Position numbers and translations under genes: made by a program. Below are positions 23,597 through 36,419 of a DNA stretch of 64,000 bases, one piece after another (within the stretch, counting starts at the first letter, position 1; every line of letters starts with the position of its first letter). This DNA is from Lophium mytilinum (taxonomy: Eukaryota). The notes beneath the pieces were generated by a model. The model was not told the origin of the DNA. It saw only the letters and a program-made list of their open reading frames with translations, and did not search any database. The DNA lies in NCBI GenBank assembly GCA_010093605.1, contig MU004188.1, forward strand, positions 1,119,673 through 1,183,672, given 5' to 3'.

Positions 23597-26104
23597 TCAA
23601 AACCTAGACAACACCCCCCGCACAGTGCCATTCAGCACCACCCTCCCCTTGATCGGCAGCTCCCAAATCCCCACCTCATCCCCCGTCCCATCCTTCAACC
23701 ACCGCTGCAGGAGCGCATTGCTCTCAACCGGCTTGATATCCTTCGATGCCGTGCCGACCGTCACATGCGCGACGGCATTCGTAGTCTCAAAATGTACGTC
23801 CTGCCCATCCTCCAATGGTGCAGACCCACTCAAGCGCACTACAAAGCACAGCACGCGATTGTCCCACACGACGCGCTCGAGCTGGACGTCGCACTTGCCC
23901 AGCTCAGGTTCCTTGACGCCCTCGTTATCGCTGAGCGCGCTGGCGGTGGTGTGGAGTTTCAGTAGTTTATCCCACGCCTCGGGCTGCTGTGCTGCCAAGG
24001 CGCGATGCATGAGCGTGACGTGAAACTCGGGCTGCACACGGCGGGTTTGCTGCAGCTGGCGGAAGAACCGGGCGGTGTTAGCGTCTTCGTCCCTGAATGC
24101 GGCGTCGAGGATGCTGTTGATGCGAGCCGAGGGGAGGCGGACGGCGAAGAACTCCAGTTTCGGGGCTTTCGATGCCTTGGGTTGGTTGGCGGAAGAGGAG
24201 GCGGATGGTGTAGAGCGCGAATTCGGAAATTGGGGCTTGTTCGAGGGGACTTCTCCTTTCGACCATTTGTTTCCCTTGTTGGGCTTGCTGAGGTCCACTT
24301 TTACGCTCGGCTTGTAATCGTTCATGGCGTATTCGATAGCAGCGTCGAGGTCGTCGGCGCTGGGCATTTCTTGGAATAGCTTGGGGTATTCGTTGTGGAG
24401 TTTCTCTACGATAGTTTCGAGGTTTTCGCGGGAGGAAGCAACAGGGTCAAGGTCAATGACGAGGTCGAAGCCGTCGTCCGGGCCTCCGCTGGTGTCGATG
24501 GGCTGGAAGCGATGCATGAAGCCTTCCATGATCTCTACAATCTCGTCTTTGCCCTTGGATCCGGCTTGGATGGTCTGGTGATTATCGCCTCGGGACAAGA
24601 CTCGTTCGCGGGTTGCTTGACGGATATTGTCATAGTTGTAACGGTCGTGCACGTATTGGATGGCGACAAAACGTGCGTCCGGATTGATCCTGGAGACGTC
24701 GGCCATGATCTGTTCCCGTTCGCGCTTCTGATGGTTATTTCTGTCGGCAATAACCACTGGACTTAGGGTCATCAACGCCGCAATGGCTTCGGCGAATCTC
24801 TGAGGACGTCTCTGTTTCTGTTCGATGTTGTCGTTCTGGAAATGTTCCCATCCAAAGAGTTTGACCAGAGCAAGAGCTACAGTTGTCTTCCCACAGCCAA
24901 TGGTAGCAACTGGTACGAGTACGACGTTGTGAGTGACATCTTTCGACTCGACCTCGCCGTTCTCTCCCTCTTGACGGATAATGTCCGCACCAGTCAGACC
25001 TCGCTCTTTCAGAAAGTCGTTCCGCAACCCAATAATTCCGTGGTTCATGTTGTATGCCTTCGAGAGGCCTGGCTCACGGGCAAACCGCCGTCGCGCATAC
25101 ACCAAATACTCCTCTGTGATAGCTTTGTGCTTTTTGTACCTCGGTGCCTTTCCGGAAATCAAGGCCTTGGTACACTCCCTCCACTGCCTATACATCAAGT
25201 AAGGCTCCTCAAACTTATACTTGAAGAACCAATCTTGCCAGACGCCATCCTGGCCTTCTCGCGCCTGGCACCGGATGACGAAACCTTCGGTATCGCGGCC
25301 TTCGTAAGCTCCCGTCTCGGCAATACCATCTAGGAACGTCTTGACCTTCGTGATATCGTCTTCCATGACATACGTGACCTTCTTCATGCCCCACTCGTCG
25401 GCAAACTTGTCCACCAAATATCCTGGATACGTCGTAAACTCCGGCTGATTGAGGTTGAGGCCGTGCATGTACAGTCCCGCTGCGTCTGGTTCATAGGCTA
25501 GTACGTGCTCCTCAAACTCATCGTCGCATAGCTCCGCTACGGCTGTCACATTCATGGCCCTCAATTGCTTTGCAAGATCTCGCGTCGTCTTGCCTACGGT
25601 CGCTAGATGACGCTCCACCCACCTCTCACCGGCAACACTATGGCTGAGTGCTACATCGCCCCGTGGTCCGGTCGAGTGCTTGCTGCAGACGATCAAGGTC
25701 CCATCATCCAGTCCAGCAATGAATATAATGCACCCGTTCTCTTTAACACTCAGCTCATACGGACCCCGAGTGTTTTTCTCGACATTGTGCCACTCTGTCT
25801 TCCGCACTTCGCCATGATTGAAGAACTTGTCGTATCCCCGCACAGCGATCTCGTCCTTGCCGTCAAGCGTTGTGTAGGTGAAGAGGCCACGGGCGTAGGT
25901 TGGCAGGTTCTCCTTCTTGTAGTCCCAATCCTGCATTTTCCACGAGTCTACGGTGCGTCCTGTGGGGAGTGTGAAGGTGTTTTTCTTGACAGAGAAGCCG
26001 CTATTGGATTTGCCTTTTCTTGTGTGGTAGGAGAGGGCGTGGACGAGTTGCTTGATTTCGTGCGGGTCTTGAGCCCGGTAGGGCGCCGTTTCGCGGTGCG
26101 CCAT
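23597..26104 (-). CDS. TRL1: Fungal tRNA ligase (adenylyltransferase + polynucleotide kinase + cyclic phosphodiesterase), intronless
   Basis: RGYDKFFN, motif I KENG, SKH, EGFVI, FFKYK; kinase P-loop ATIGCGKT and DRNNH; two 2H motifs HVTL/HVTV. First ATG is at 26104. Confidence 0.96.
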   Translation of the reverse strand: MAHRETAPYRAQDPHEIKQLVHALSYHTRKGKSNSGFSVKKNTFTLPTGRTVDSWKMQDWDYKKENLPTYARGLFTYTTLDGKDEIAVRGYDKFFNHGEVRKTEWHNVEKNTRGPYELSVKENGCIIFIAGLDDGTLIVCSKHSTGPRGDVALSHSVAGERWVERHLATVGKTTRDLAKQLRAMNVTAVAELCDDEFEEHVLAYEPDAAGLYMHGLNLNQPEFTTYPGYLVDKFADEWGMKKVTYVMEDDITKVKTFLDGIAETGAYEGRDTEGFVIRCQAREGQDGVWQDWFFKYKFEEPYLMYRQWRECTKALISGKAPRYKKHKAITEEYLVYARRRFAREPGLSKAYNMNHGIIGLRNDFLKERGLTGADIIRQEGENGEVESKDVTHNVVLVPVATIGCGKTTVALALVKLFGWEHFQNDNIEQKQRRPQRFAEAIAALMTLSPVVIADRNNHQKREREQIMADVSRINPDARFVAIQYVHDRYNYDNIRQATRERVLSRGDNHQTIQAGSKGKDEIVEIMEGFMHRFQPIDTSGGPDDGFDLVIDLDPVASSRENLETIVEKLHNEYPKLFQEMPSADDLDAAIEYAMNDYKPSVKVDLSKPNKGNKWSKGEVPSNKPQFPNSRSTPSASSSANQPKASKAPKLEFFAVRLPSARINSILDAAFRDEDANTARFFRQLQQTRRVQPEFHVTLMHRALAAQQPEAWDKLLKLHTTASALSDNEGVKEPELGKCDVQLERVVWDNRVLCFVVRLSGSAPLEDGQDVHFETTNAVAHVTVGTASKDIKPVESNALLQRWLKDGTGDEVGIWELPIKGRVVLNGTVRGVLSRF

Positions 26105-27385
26105 GATGTAGGAGCCGCGGAGGTGCAGAGTCGAGTGTGGTGTTGTTATGGTCAAGGAGGGATATATATGTGGGGGAGCTGCAGCTAGGAGGGGTGGTGA
26201 GTGCGGCTGTTAGTGGGATGATTTCAAGGAAGAGAGTCGGATTATAAGCAACCTGTCCATTCAGACTACCACGAGAAAGCTGTGAGTCAGGCTCCAGAAG
26301 GGCGCTCCTCCGTCCTAGCTTTTTGTGGTGACTCAGGAAGGTGACTGGTGCAGCAATGGAGAAAGGGCGGTGCAGCTTTCAGACGGCAATCGGAAATGTG
26401 GGATGTGGCGGTGCATGTGGCGGTGTGTGGCTTACCTCGCGCGCCTCGCAGGGCTCGGAAAGTCGAATTGTTTAGATATCGACGACAATATCGTCTAGAG
26501 ATCATGTTGGAAAGCCAGAAAGGTGTTGACAGGATGCTAGCATGATTGCAAGACAATAGGGTAACTGGGTTGAGGTGCAACTGCTTTTTGGTAACCCAAG
26601 AAGTCAACGCAGTGTTGCCAAGATGGGGTTACCTAACACCGTAATAGGTAATTCAACACGCCCGCGCCGTCCTTTTCATCACTTTCAGATTGGTGATGAT
26701 GTGCTGAAGCACCACGAGGAGGGGCTAGATGGCTCGCATACAAGCGCGTATTGTGTCTCTAGTTTAATTACTTGGGGACTTCACATCTTAGGAAATATCT
26801 GTGTAATTCAACGAAGCACCTCAAATGGGGTGCGACCAAACTTTGGAAAGACATTGTCCTCCCTATCACCACGGCACTCTTGATAATCAGTCTATAGTTG
26901 ATTGATGTAGCCCTTTACCTCATAGCTCCGCTTCTGATCATGATGTTTCCTTCGGGATTTTCAGAGGCATGCAAGGCTCAATCGTTCAGGCCTTTAGACC
27001 ACGATTACGGAACCACCGAGGATCATCGCTGACCTGGGGCCTGTTGCGAGAGAGATAGCCGTCGCGGAACTGCTTTGGTATACTCGTTGGTGCCGCGGTC
27101 GAACTCAGATGGCTTGTTCATCTTCAACGTAGTCAACTTCTGGGCCAGCGCCATTTTGTTGTCTCCAAAAATGGAGTACTGCAGTATGCTGGCCAGCCTC
27201 TCTTACAATCCCAATAGGAAGGCCCTGGGAGGTGCTAGAGGAACCAACCTGGTTGAGAGGAGGGAGCTGCTTGCCCCTTTATCCGTTGTGAGTTTTTAGG
27301 TCGACCTAGATCGGCCTCACAGGTCGTGAGGGTTTTTGAATGACATGTCCACCCGGGTTTCATTCGTGTTCCCATCATGGCAAGA

Positions 27386-28899
27386 TCAAATTCCATCAGG
27401 TAGTTCTAGCCCGATCTCGCGTATCGGCCACTCGATGCAGCTTCGACTGTCTTTACCCAACAATGAGGCTGCAGTGGCTACGAAATTCGACGCCACACCT
27501 TCCAAGAACCAAAGGTCGCTAATTCTGTGGAGTAGAACTGCCCAGTGGGCAATAATAACAAAAGCGTGGGGGTTGTTCTGCTCTACCAACGCCATAAACT
27601 CCAAGGACAGACCAACAGGCCATTTGAAGATTGCGCCCCTATCCTTCAGTGTACCTAACCCCGCGTCATCAGCGCCACGCTTGTACGGGTATGTTATAAC
27701 GCCCACCGCGGTGGGATCATCTGTGAGTTGGGCGACTAGAGCATACGTATCGCGGAGGTCCTGCAATGCAGTCCCTAATACGCCATGTTCGTTCTTATAT
27801 GGTTGTCCCGGGATCATCCATAACTCTTCCAGATCGTGCAGTCGATGGTCTTCTTCGAAGTGTCGCGGGCTTCTTAAAGTTCGGTCCGTGGGCCACCAAT
27901 TTCGCTCAGCTATGTCTGCTAGCGGTCCTTTTGAGATCCAGCTCCAACTTGGACTGAGAATCGCCCTTGCTCCTCCACGCATATTCATAAGGAGTCCAAG
28001 TGACACGGTTCTTAGCTGAGCTGCGACCCATAGCATATCAACATCTTTTAGATTAGCTAATGACAAGAGCGCCGCGGACTCGTCGCGGAACGCTCGGAAT
28101 TGGAATATGATGGTTAAAATGGAGCAGGCGAACAGGGCATTGCAGTTCTCGGCCGTGATGTTGAATAGCTGGTTGCGGTACTTCGATAGGGAAAGGTCCA
28201 TTTGGCGGGCAGCGATGTTGGCGAAGGCCTTCTTTGATTCGACTTCCTCATGAAGCTCAGAGAGGTGAAGAGAGGTGGCGGCAATGATTCCATGGATTAA
28301 GTACGGGTTTGCCACAGCGATCTGAGGAATGGCAACTTGCCATACTTCTTGCGTAGGATTGTGAGTCGCTAAGGTAGAACTGGTCCTGGTCAAGAAATGA
28401 TGAATTAACTCCTTGCCCGTGGACTGGAAGAATGCCGGAGAGTCGCTGAAGCAGCGTTCGAAAGAAGCAGTAAGAGACGACAATGTCGATATCGTAGGAG
28501 TCGGGCTTGGAGAACATTGGCGGAAAACAAAAACGCGGCGAGCTACTGCTTCAGAGGGAGGTACAGGCGTGGGGGATGAACTGCTTGAAAGCCGCGAGGA
28601 GGGAACAAGGGTCAATAAGCTGCACGTAAGGTTCTTCTTAGTGCAGTTGTGGCACTCGGGAGTGTGTTCATCGCACTGGGTCGCCGTTAGCATGCTCTCC
28701 CCGCAAAGCCGCAAAGTGGGACCTGTCCGAGAACTGGACTATAAGGAGCTATTTTTGGCAACAGATTGAGATGCTCAGATTGGCTGAGGGTCGGTTGGAG
28801 ATTAGATCCGACTTTGAATTGGTGGCTTACCTTGATACGCCGTTTTTTGCACGAGGTGCACCCTCTCCTTGTCTTGTGGTGCGGCCGGCGGGGTGGCAT
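27386..28899 (-). CDS. Zn(II)2Cys6 transcription factor (Upc2-like C6 family with fungal-specific C-terminal domain); intron 28676-28830
   Basis: HHKTRRGCTSCKKRRIK|CDEHTPECHNCTKKNLTC is joined by a GT-AG intron; ELIHHF...W...IPQIA...YLIHGIIA..SLHL is typical of this family. Confidence 0.9.
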
Positions 28900-29678
28900 G
28901 AGAGAGAAGGCCTATCGCTGTGCTACAGGGCAGAACCGGAGAAACGATTTTACGAAGCAGTCGGCTTTGCTAGAGTGTGGGCGTGGACGGGCAAAGGAAG
29001 CATAGGAGGCAATGATGGATGCTGGGAATATTGCTTCGTAAGTGGCACGGGTAGGGCTGCTCAGCCTCGCCGGCACACTGGGGTTCAAACGAGGTACGGG
29101 AGGAGTGTCGTCGGCAGAAGCTGAGTAGCCAATCGCTGGCTGTCCTATACGCGAGCAATCACAGCGCGGCCGGAACGATGGATTTGTGGGGACGGGCGGC
29201 TCAACACCATGACTAGCGCTCCCCCTTTCCACTGCGCCTTCGACCAAAACTTCATCCGGCAGACGTTGCGACCACGTGACTGGGTCTGAGGCCTGGCGCC
29301 ATATCCTGGGCCAATGCCCTGTGCTTCTGTACGTAGGAGCCGCCTTGAAACAGTCGGCCTCGCGTCGTCTTCATGGGTGCGTTGTGCGTCTTCGTCCGGC
29401 CTCGCTTATCGGACTGTGTATATATTGCAAGGCTCGGACTTTAAAGTCAGCACTCATTCCTCTTCACTCGTCGGCCTTCACTCGTCTATCTCTCTCCGAC
29501 CACCGAAACACTATTTAATTCTTCTACTAGTTCTTGCGTAGCTACTCACATTCGTCTAGATTGAACCTTTCCCCTTTATCTCTGCTAGAACGACTTTGCC
29601 CATTTTAATCTGTTTCCATCACTTCCAAATAAACATCATCTCGACCTCTGCTACGACCCACTCATCTACATCGCAAAC

Positions 29679-30748
29679 ATGGTGGGAAAGCACGGAGGCA
29701 CAGACGACTTCCAGCTGTACCGCTACAAACCCAGTCTCCCAGCCGCTGTTATTTTCATAGTCCTCTTTGCGGTCACTACATTCTTCGTGAGTACATCATC
29801 CACGCTTTGGACACATATAAAGACTGTTTCAAGCTAACAAAAATCAAGCATGTCTTTCAATGTTGGAAACATCGTTCCCTCTTCATGATAGCCCTCATAG
29901 TAGGAGGTACCTGTAAGCCTTAACCTCGTTCACCCCAAATGCCCTAATCACCAACTGAACGCGCTTCAGTTGAATTCGTGGGCTACGCAGGCCGTGCCGT
30001 GTCCGCCCACAACACCCAAAGTCTAAACCCCTACATCATACAAACCATCCTCATCCTGCTCGGCCCCTCCCTCTTCGCCGCGACCATCTACATGATCCTG
30101 GGCCGCCTCATCCGCCGCGTCGACGGCGAGAAATACTCCCCCATCCGCGCCACCTGGCTCACCAAGATCTTTGTCCTCGGCGACGTGCTCTCCTTCCTCC
30201 TCCAAGGCGGCGGCGCCGGCATCATGTCCGGCGCGAACAAAGGCGACGCGAAAAACGCCCAGAGCAAGATCGACCTCGGCCAGAAAGTCATCATCGTCGG
30301 CCTGGTGCTGCAAGTCCTCTTCTTCGGCACCTTCGGCATCGTCGCCGGCGTCTTTCACATGCGCGCGCGCAAGGTGGCGCATATTCAGGCGCTTACGGTG
30401 CCCTGGGAGCGCTGCATGCATGTGCTGTATGCGACTAGTGTTTTGATCTTCATCCGATCTATTTTCAGGGTCATTGAGTATGCGCAGGGGAATAAAGGGT
30501 ATCTCATCAGTCATGAGATATTCCTGTACATCTTCGACAGCATGCTCATGCTGGGTGTCATGGTGATTCTGAACGTGTCGCATCCGGGCGAGCTCTTGGA
30601 TCAGAGGAAGAGGGAGAACCCGCACCATTTGCTGGAAGAAAGGGATGTCTCTAGGGATCCTCCTGCGTATCAAGGGAACGACACGGGCTACCCTCCGGCA
30701 TCTAATATGCCTTATGTTGAAGGCCCTAAAGCAACAACCTACAGATGA
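29679..30748 (+). CDS. RTA1: RTA1-like 7-TM lipid-translocating exporter; exons 29679-29786, 29849-29912, 29970-30748
   Basis: LYRYKPSLPAA, FEFVGYAGR, LLGPSLFAATIYMILGRLI, TKIFVLGDVLSFLLQGGG, RSIFRVIEY, HEIFLYIFD. The symbol denotes the family, not proven orthology. Confidence 0.93.
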
Positions 30749-31270
30749 GGGAAGCATGGTGTTGAATCAGAGGGGAATGGCGTTTAGGGCTGCTGGAGTA
30801 TCGGAGTTGATTATAACATAATAATTAGAATAGACGTATTTGAGTCCGTTTGTATAGGCGTATAGGAAATAGACTCGAATATCATCCGAGCAATACTACG
30901 GTTCATCCTCACTGTACCACGCGCCTACCAATAACTCAAGCAATCTCCGGATTATGACCTGCCCTTTACTTTGAACTGAAATATATCATGCACGGACAGA
31001 TGCTGCGTTCTCATTGAATGAATATGGCCAGGTAGGGTGAGGGTGATGTTCATTTTATATTCGAACGTACCCTATATATACCCTCCGTCTGTACTATGCA
31101 AATGCAGCTTCCAGGCTCAAAGTCCACAGAATCAACCTAGATGGTCCTATGTGCAGGCTACCAGCCTCCTATGCCACGCGATGCATCCGCCCCAATACCA
31201 AACCCGTGAACGCCATCAAATGCCAAAAAGCCCAGCCGCTCGCCATGCTATTCATTCCGAAGCCCAGTCA

Positions 31271-34133
31271 TTATAAGTCATCATCATCATCCCATCCCAA
31301 AACATCATATATCGACTTCTCCTTATCTTCAACCATGCCAGCCACCCGGCCACTACCTCCCAGTGGCGACATTATCGGGACTGTCTCATCAAAAGTTTCC
31401 ACAGCACTCTCCAACGTTGGTTTTCTCACGGGCGTACTGAAAACAATCGCCTCTGGTCTCGAAACATTCAGCCCATTCGCCCCAGACGGTTTGAGTGGGG
31501 TGGAAAATATTGCAGCCGGCTCTGAGCTCTCGGTCTCGATTTCCTTTCTCCGCATCTTCGGTTTAGACGGCGTGTGTGGGATAACACCGTTCGCTGCACT
31601 CTTTTTCTCGAAAATAGGCGCAGGGAGCCTGAATTCTGGTGGGCCTTTCTGTGCTTGTGGCCCGGTGTTGAAGAAAGATAGAGACTTCCTGTCTAGCCCC
31701 CTCGATGGTGTTTCAGCGATCCCAAGACTCGTACCAGGAGCGGTACGTTGAATCTCAGTCCCTGGGATGACGGAACCCGAAGGGCGAACGGCGGAGGATG
31801 GAATGCAAGAGGTCGACGAGCTTTGTGGCAGATCATCAAACCCACTGCCCCTGAATGGTGTCTGGGCGACGTCTTTCGTTTTCCGAGAACGTCGAGGTGT
31901 CGCGGTTACTTGGACGTTCTGTAGGATCTTTCTAGTAGGATTTGCAGGCTTCCTCGATCGGTTGGCAGGTCCTAGGCCCCTCTTTTCCGCATCCTCCACG
32001 TATTCGCCAACCGCCAAACCACGTTGCGGCTTCTTCAACGTCGAAATCGCATCCTTGAGTTCCTCTTCCACCCTCTTTTGCCGACTAATCCTAGCTAATG
32101 CCGTCGCTGACTTCGTCGTGAGGTCAACTTCGCGCTTGCTCAAACGATTGAACTGCGATAGGGCTTGACGATTCGACGCTGTTGAGGGACTGCGCTGGAA
32201 GGGTATAGCAGAGAGAGGGACCTCACTTGCTTCGCGTTTAAGACCTGGCAAGAGTGCGGAGTCCGTGGCTGAGCGGTGGAGGCTCGGTGTTGGCCGATGC
32301 GCGGGCTGCATAGAGGTATCTGTCGCGACCCTGCCGAGGGTTCGTCGTTTCTTTGGGTCTGACTCGCTCGGCTCACCAGACTTTCGAGACGTCGTAGGTG
32401 GTTTAATGGATTTCCTCTTTGCAGGTGAAGCAGCAACGGGCCCACCGAGTCTTTTGTTGATAGATACAGCTTGTTCTGGAAGTCTGCTCATGTAGCTGTG
32501 TTTATGTAAGCATCGAGTAGAGCATCTCGACCAGGGCGACTTACAATGGTACTATTACTTCTACACAGAAGCTCCGAAGCCGATCGCCATTTGCCGACTT
32601 GCTAAAATTAGCATCCAACGCGTCTCCAGATTTAGATCCTTTGGCTTGATATGACACGTCCTCATCTTGCTCCACAGACTGCCAAATGCACAACTTGTCC
32701 AGAAGGAGGTCAATTAGAAGCTTGATATCCTGGACTTTCTTTTGCCTCTTTTTCTTCGGCTTTGCCTGAGACTCCTGCTGGGTTTCGGTTTCGCCATCGA
32801 CTACCTCATCGTTCACTGGAGGTTCCTTGTACGCGGGCAATGCTTCCAATGCGAGGATCTCCAACATCAAAATCAACTGTGCAAGCGTCTCCCGGATTCG
32901 AAGGTCTCCGACTCGCTTCTTTAGGCGCTGGTCCAATGTTTCTTCTCCATATCTAGGCGGACTCGATATGTCCGAAATCCACCATTTTTTGACATAGTCG
33001 TCTTCTCGCGGATACATCCCATCTCTACCAAGTCTCATCTTCTTTGCTTTGCCCTTCCTAGATTTTGTGGGGCTATTCTCATCATCTGAGAAGGATCCTG
33101 GCGGTATTGATTTGACCACTTCTGGAAGCTTTTCTCGATATTTCTTTTCCATGGCGGAATGATTGAGGATGCTAGATCGTAGAAAAGCCGTGAATTCGTA
33201 TATTGTAAAGGAAGAGGCCTCCGCAGAGGTAACAGCAGCACGGGCTCGCGACATCGGACCTTTTGCAAAATATGCCAAAGACGTCTTCGATAAATACAGC
33301 GCGTCCAGATATTGTGCAACTAGGTTCTCGCAAATTTGCTGTGCAGATAGCAGCTCCTCCGGTGCTATGTCGTCCATGGTGGCATCCTGCGCAGCTTCCT
33401 GGATTCTAGGATCATTGATCGTACGTTCTGGTTGTGCGGCCTCAACGGTCGAGGGCGTGGGACGTAGCATGGACATACGGAGCCGTTTTGGAGCCCTTTC
33501 TTCCGACACCGCTTCTACGTGTCTTTCAATAGCGGCAGCGTGCCACCATTCTTCCCCACTATGAGCATTACCGACCTGCCGCCGCGTCGATGATATGATG
33601 TTCTTGTTCGAATCCCACGCGTCTGATACATCCTTCTCTTTCAGCCAGGCAGCCAATTTGCACAGTCCGTACACGCCCTTCTGGACGCGCTCCACAGCGT
33701 ACAAAGCCTTGTCGGCCTCATTCCGAGTGATGAGGATTTTTGGCGCTTCTGGTTCCTCATCCGCCTCGACATAGTCTCGTTCGAGGGCACCAATGTGAGA
33801 AGAGAACAGTCGATTCGACGGATTGGCAGTTACTGAAGTGTCGAGATAGGTGAGGGGTAAATGAGATCGTGAAATTAGGTGGAGGGGTGTGAAGGTAGTA
33901 GGTTTGTCGTAAATCGATTCAGGATACGGCTGGGTTGAAAGTCAGCGGAGGCATGAAACAGTACAGGATCTCTGTAAAAGGCTCACCCGTATTACAAATG
34001 GTCTTAAAGCCGATTGTACGCCAGTAGTACTATCTCTTTTCCTCTTCTTCGAAGTTTCTACAGTTGATTGACTAGCGCGTCGTGAAGACAATCCCGGGGC
34101 ATTCGAGGGTATTTCAGGCCGAGCGTGCAACAT
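31271..34133 (-). CDS. SLD3: DNA replication initiation regulator Sld3; exons 34133-33987, 33929-32545, 32495-31271
   Basis: Cdc45-binding-domain motifs YLDALYLSKTSLAYFAKGPMSRAR, LRIRETLAQLILMLEILAL, LLDKLCIWQS, FCVEVIVPF|YMSRLPE; S/T-P-rich C-terminus. Confidence 0.9.
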
Positions 34134-34480
34134 AGTAAACTTGCATGCAACAGATACGGAAACTGCATGTGGTCATGGCTGTAAAAAGGTTGGTGGTGGG
34201 TGAAAGTGCGGTTGGAGTAGACGTGTTTCGACGCGTTCCAAGTTGAAGAAAGCTCCGAGGTCCCACCGCGAATGTCATCGCCAAGCACTTTCAACATTCA
34301 CAATTCATCAGGTGCTCATGTCAGGGTCTATATTTACCACATCAAATGTCAGGCGAATTCAAGCTCAGACAAACCTCAATTAGCTACTTGTACAGGCTTA
34401 ATAGTGAACCCAATTCGAGGGGCGCTGCTTTGCTATTCTTACAAGGTATCCTAATACACGCACATCCGTCGAGCCACCTT

Positions 34481-35827
34481 TTACCGTTTTGCCGTCGTCT
34501 TGTCGAAGCTTTCCAAGACAGACCTCGAAATGTCGTCCGTGTGTGTCTGGACATCCTCCAGCTGGTCTTCCAATTCTTGTATCCTGCGAGCGGCCGGCGA
34601 CTGGTTACCACCCACCGTTTTCGCATTCACTGCTTTCGCCTGCGCGCCACTGACATTCCCATAAACCGCCATAGCACTTGCAATCATCCCACCAATATCC
34701 CCCATGTTGCCTGGAACAATGATAGACGTTCCCTCCTTCGCCAACTTGCCGAAAGCGTCGACGTATTTCTCTGCCACGCTCAAGCTGACTGCTCCTTGTG
34801 CGGCCTCTTTGCCCTGTGCAATGGACTTGCCTACCGCATCAATACCAGCTGCAGTCGCCGTAGCCTTGACAAGGATTGCCTCCGCCTCACCATTCGCCAT
34901 GTTTATCTGCTCCGCCTTGAGCGCCTCGGACGCCAAAATGACGCTCTGCTTGCGACCTTCAGCGATATTGATAGCACTCTGCCTTTGACCTTCCGACTCG
35001 AGAATCTCAGCACGCTTGCTGCGCTCAGCAGTGACTTGTCGATGCATGGCTTCGACGACGGGAGCGGGCGCATGGATGTCTCGGATTTCGTAGCGCAGGC
35101 AGGTAACACCCCAGTCCTGGGCAGCCTCGTTGATGGCAGCGGTGATGTTCGTGTTTAAGTTCGCGCGCTCCTTGAGAACGTGGTCCAGGGAAAGTCGGCC
35201 AATTTCGGAGCGCATCGTGGTTTGGGCGAGCTGGGAGATGGCGTATTCGGCATCTTCTACTCCGTAGCTACGTTGTACTGGTTAGAGCTAGATTTCTACC
35301 AAATGACAACTTGTATTCACGTACCTAGCTTTATACGCATCGAAAACCCGCGTATATAACACTCCATCAAGCTCCAGAGTTACGTTGTCCGCAGTAATGG
35401 CACTCTGACTGGGAATCTCGATAGCTGCCTCCTTCAAGCTCTTCACATATGCTATCCGGTCCAGAAACGGGTACAAGATAGCAAGACCAGGCTCCAGTAT
35501 CCGGTTGAACTTCCCCATACGTTCCACAATCCATGCTGTTTGTTGCGGTACGAAGCGGATGATTGTGTTTGCTGGAAGGCTTTGGCGCTGGAAATAAGAG
35601 GTCGGAGAGCTGGGACCGCCTATGCCGCCAGCGAGGGAGAAGAGGCCACTGCCGGGTCCTTGGGCAGAGCTCGATGGTGTTTGGGAGAAGTGACGAATGG
35701 GGTGGCGGGAGCTGTTCAAGGCGGAGAGGGCAGCGATGGTCGACGTCCGCGGTGATAATATGCGACTGTGAGATGACCTCAAAGCGGCTGGCATGGCCGA
35801 GTTGACGAAGCGCGCGTTCAGCGCCAT
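34481..35827 (-). CDS. Mitochondrial stomatin-like protein (SLP-2 type, SPFH/band-7); intron 35268-35324
   Basis: R/S-rich presequence-like N-terminus; FVPQQTAWIVERMGKF, AITADNV, S|YGVEDAEYAISQLAQTTMRSEIG, AERSKRAEILESEG, C-terminal AEKYVDAFGKLAKE. Confidence 0.94.
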
Positions 35828-36145
35828 TGTGGGGGAGCTGTGTGATGCGGGTGGCGGGTAAAAGTGTCTTGATGATGGTTGGTGTTCCCCATCTACTAAT
35901 ATCTTTGCGATCGCCGGATAGCTCTATCACGTGATTATAGTCAGCAGTTGCAAACTAGGACGAACTCGGAAATAGGTATATTCAAGACTTTGTTGGAGAG
36001 CAATTTACTCTGATTCTATCAGGCCGGATCTTGGATCATGAACTCTTGAACGGTTGCTTCATTGGAGAGCTTCAAGATTCAGTGTAAAGTGCTTCACAGT
36101 TGCGGCTCCGGTCTGTGTGTATAAAGACCTTGTCGGCGATCCAGG

Positions 36146-36366
36146 CACGCTGGGCATGAAAAAAGTGGCACCCTCATCAATATATGTCTTTTGCGGTCGT
36201 GTGTACACCTGTCTGCCAGCGCTTGGAGTGCTTCAACAAGTTTTTTGATATCTTAAAGCTAAGTTTACTTGTCCCATTCGCATTTCCATAAATGCATCAA
36301 AGTACCACAAGCAGCGGCAGAGCAGTACAAAGGCAGAATAGAGTGCCATCTTCTTCCTTACCGCGC
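36146..36366. mobile_element. Short (~220 bp) MITE-like TIR element; an internally deleted, inverted relative of the element at 45995-46398
   Basis: Left TIR CACGCTGGGCATGAAAAAAGTGGCAC (36146-36171); decayed right TIR at 36343-36366; ~36217-36366 aligns by eye with the reverse complement of ~45995-46137. Confidence 0.75.
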
Positions 36367-36419
36367 CAAGCCTGTACCCGAGCGTCGTATTGTGATGATT
36401 GTGCCGCGAGCAGCATGCT

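Noticed and set aside
23597..23608. TRL1 C-terminal -SRF as a peroxisomal signal
   Set aside because: Weak PTS1 variant, no supporting context, and inconsistent with known Trl1 function.
30023..30757. 244-aa antisense ORF over RTA1 (and similar antisense ORFs over stomatin, TRL1, ADH, FarB, GH5)
   Set aside because: These are shadow ORFs expected from biased codon usage of the real genes; no recognisable motifs.
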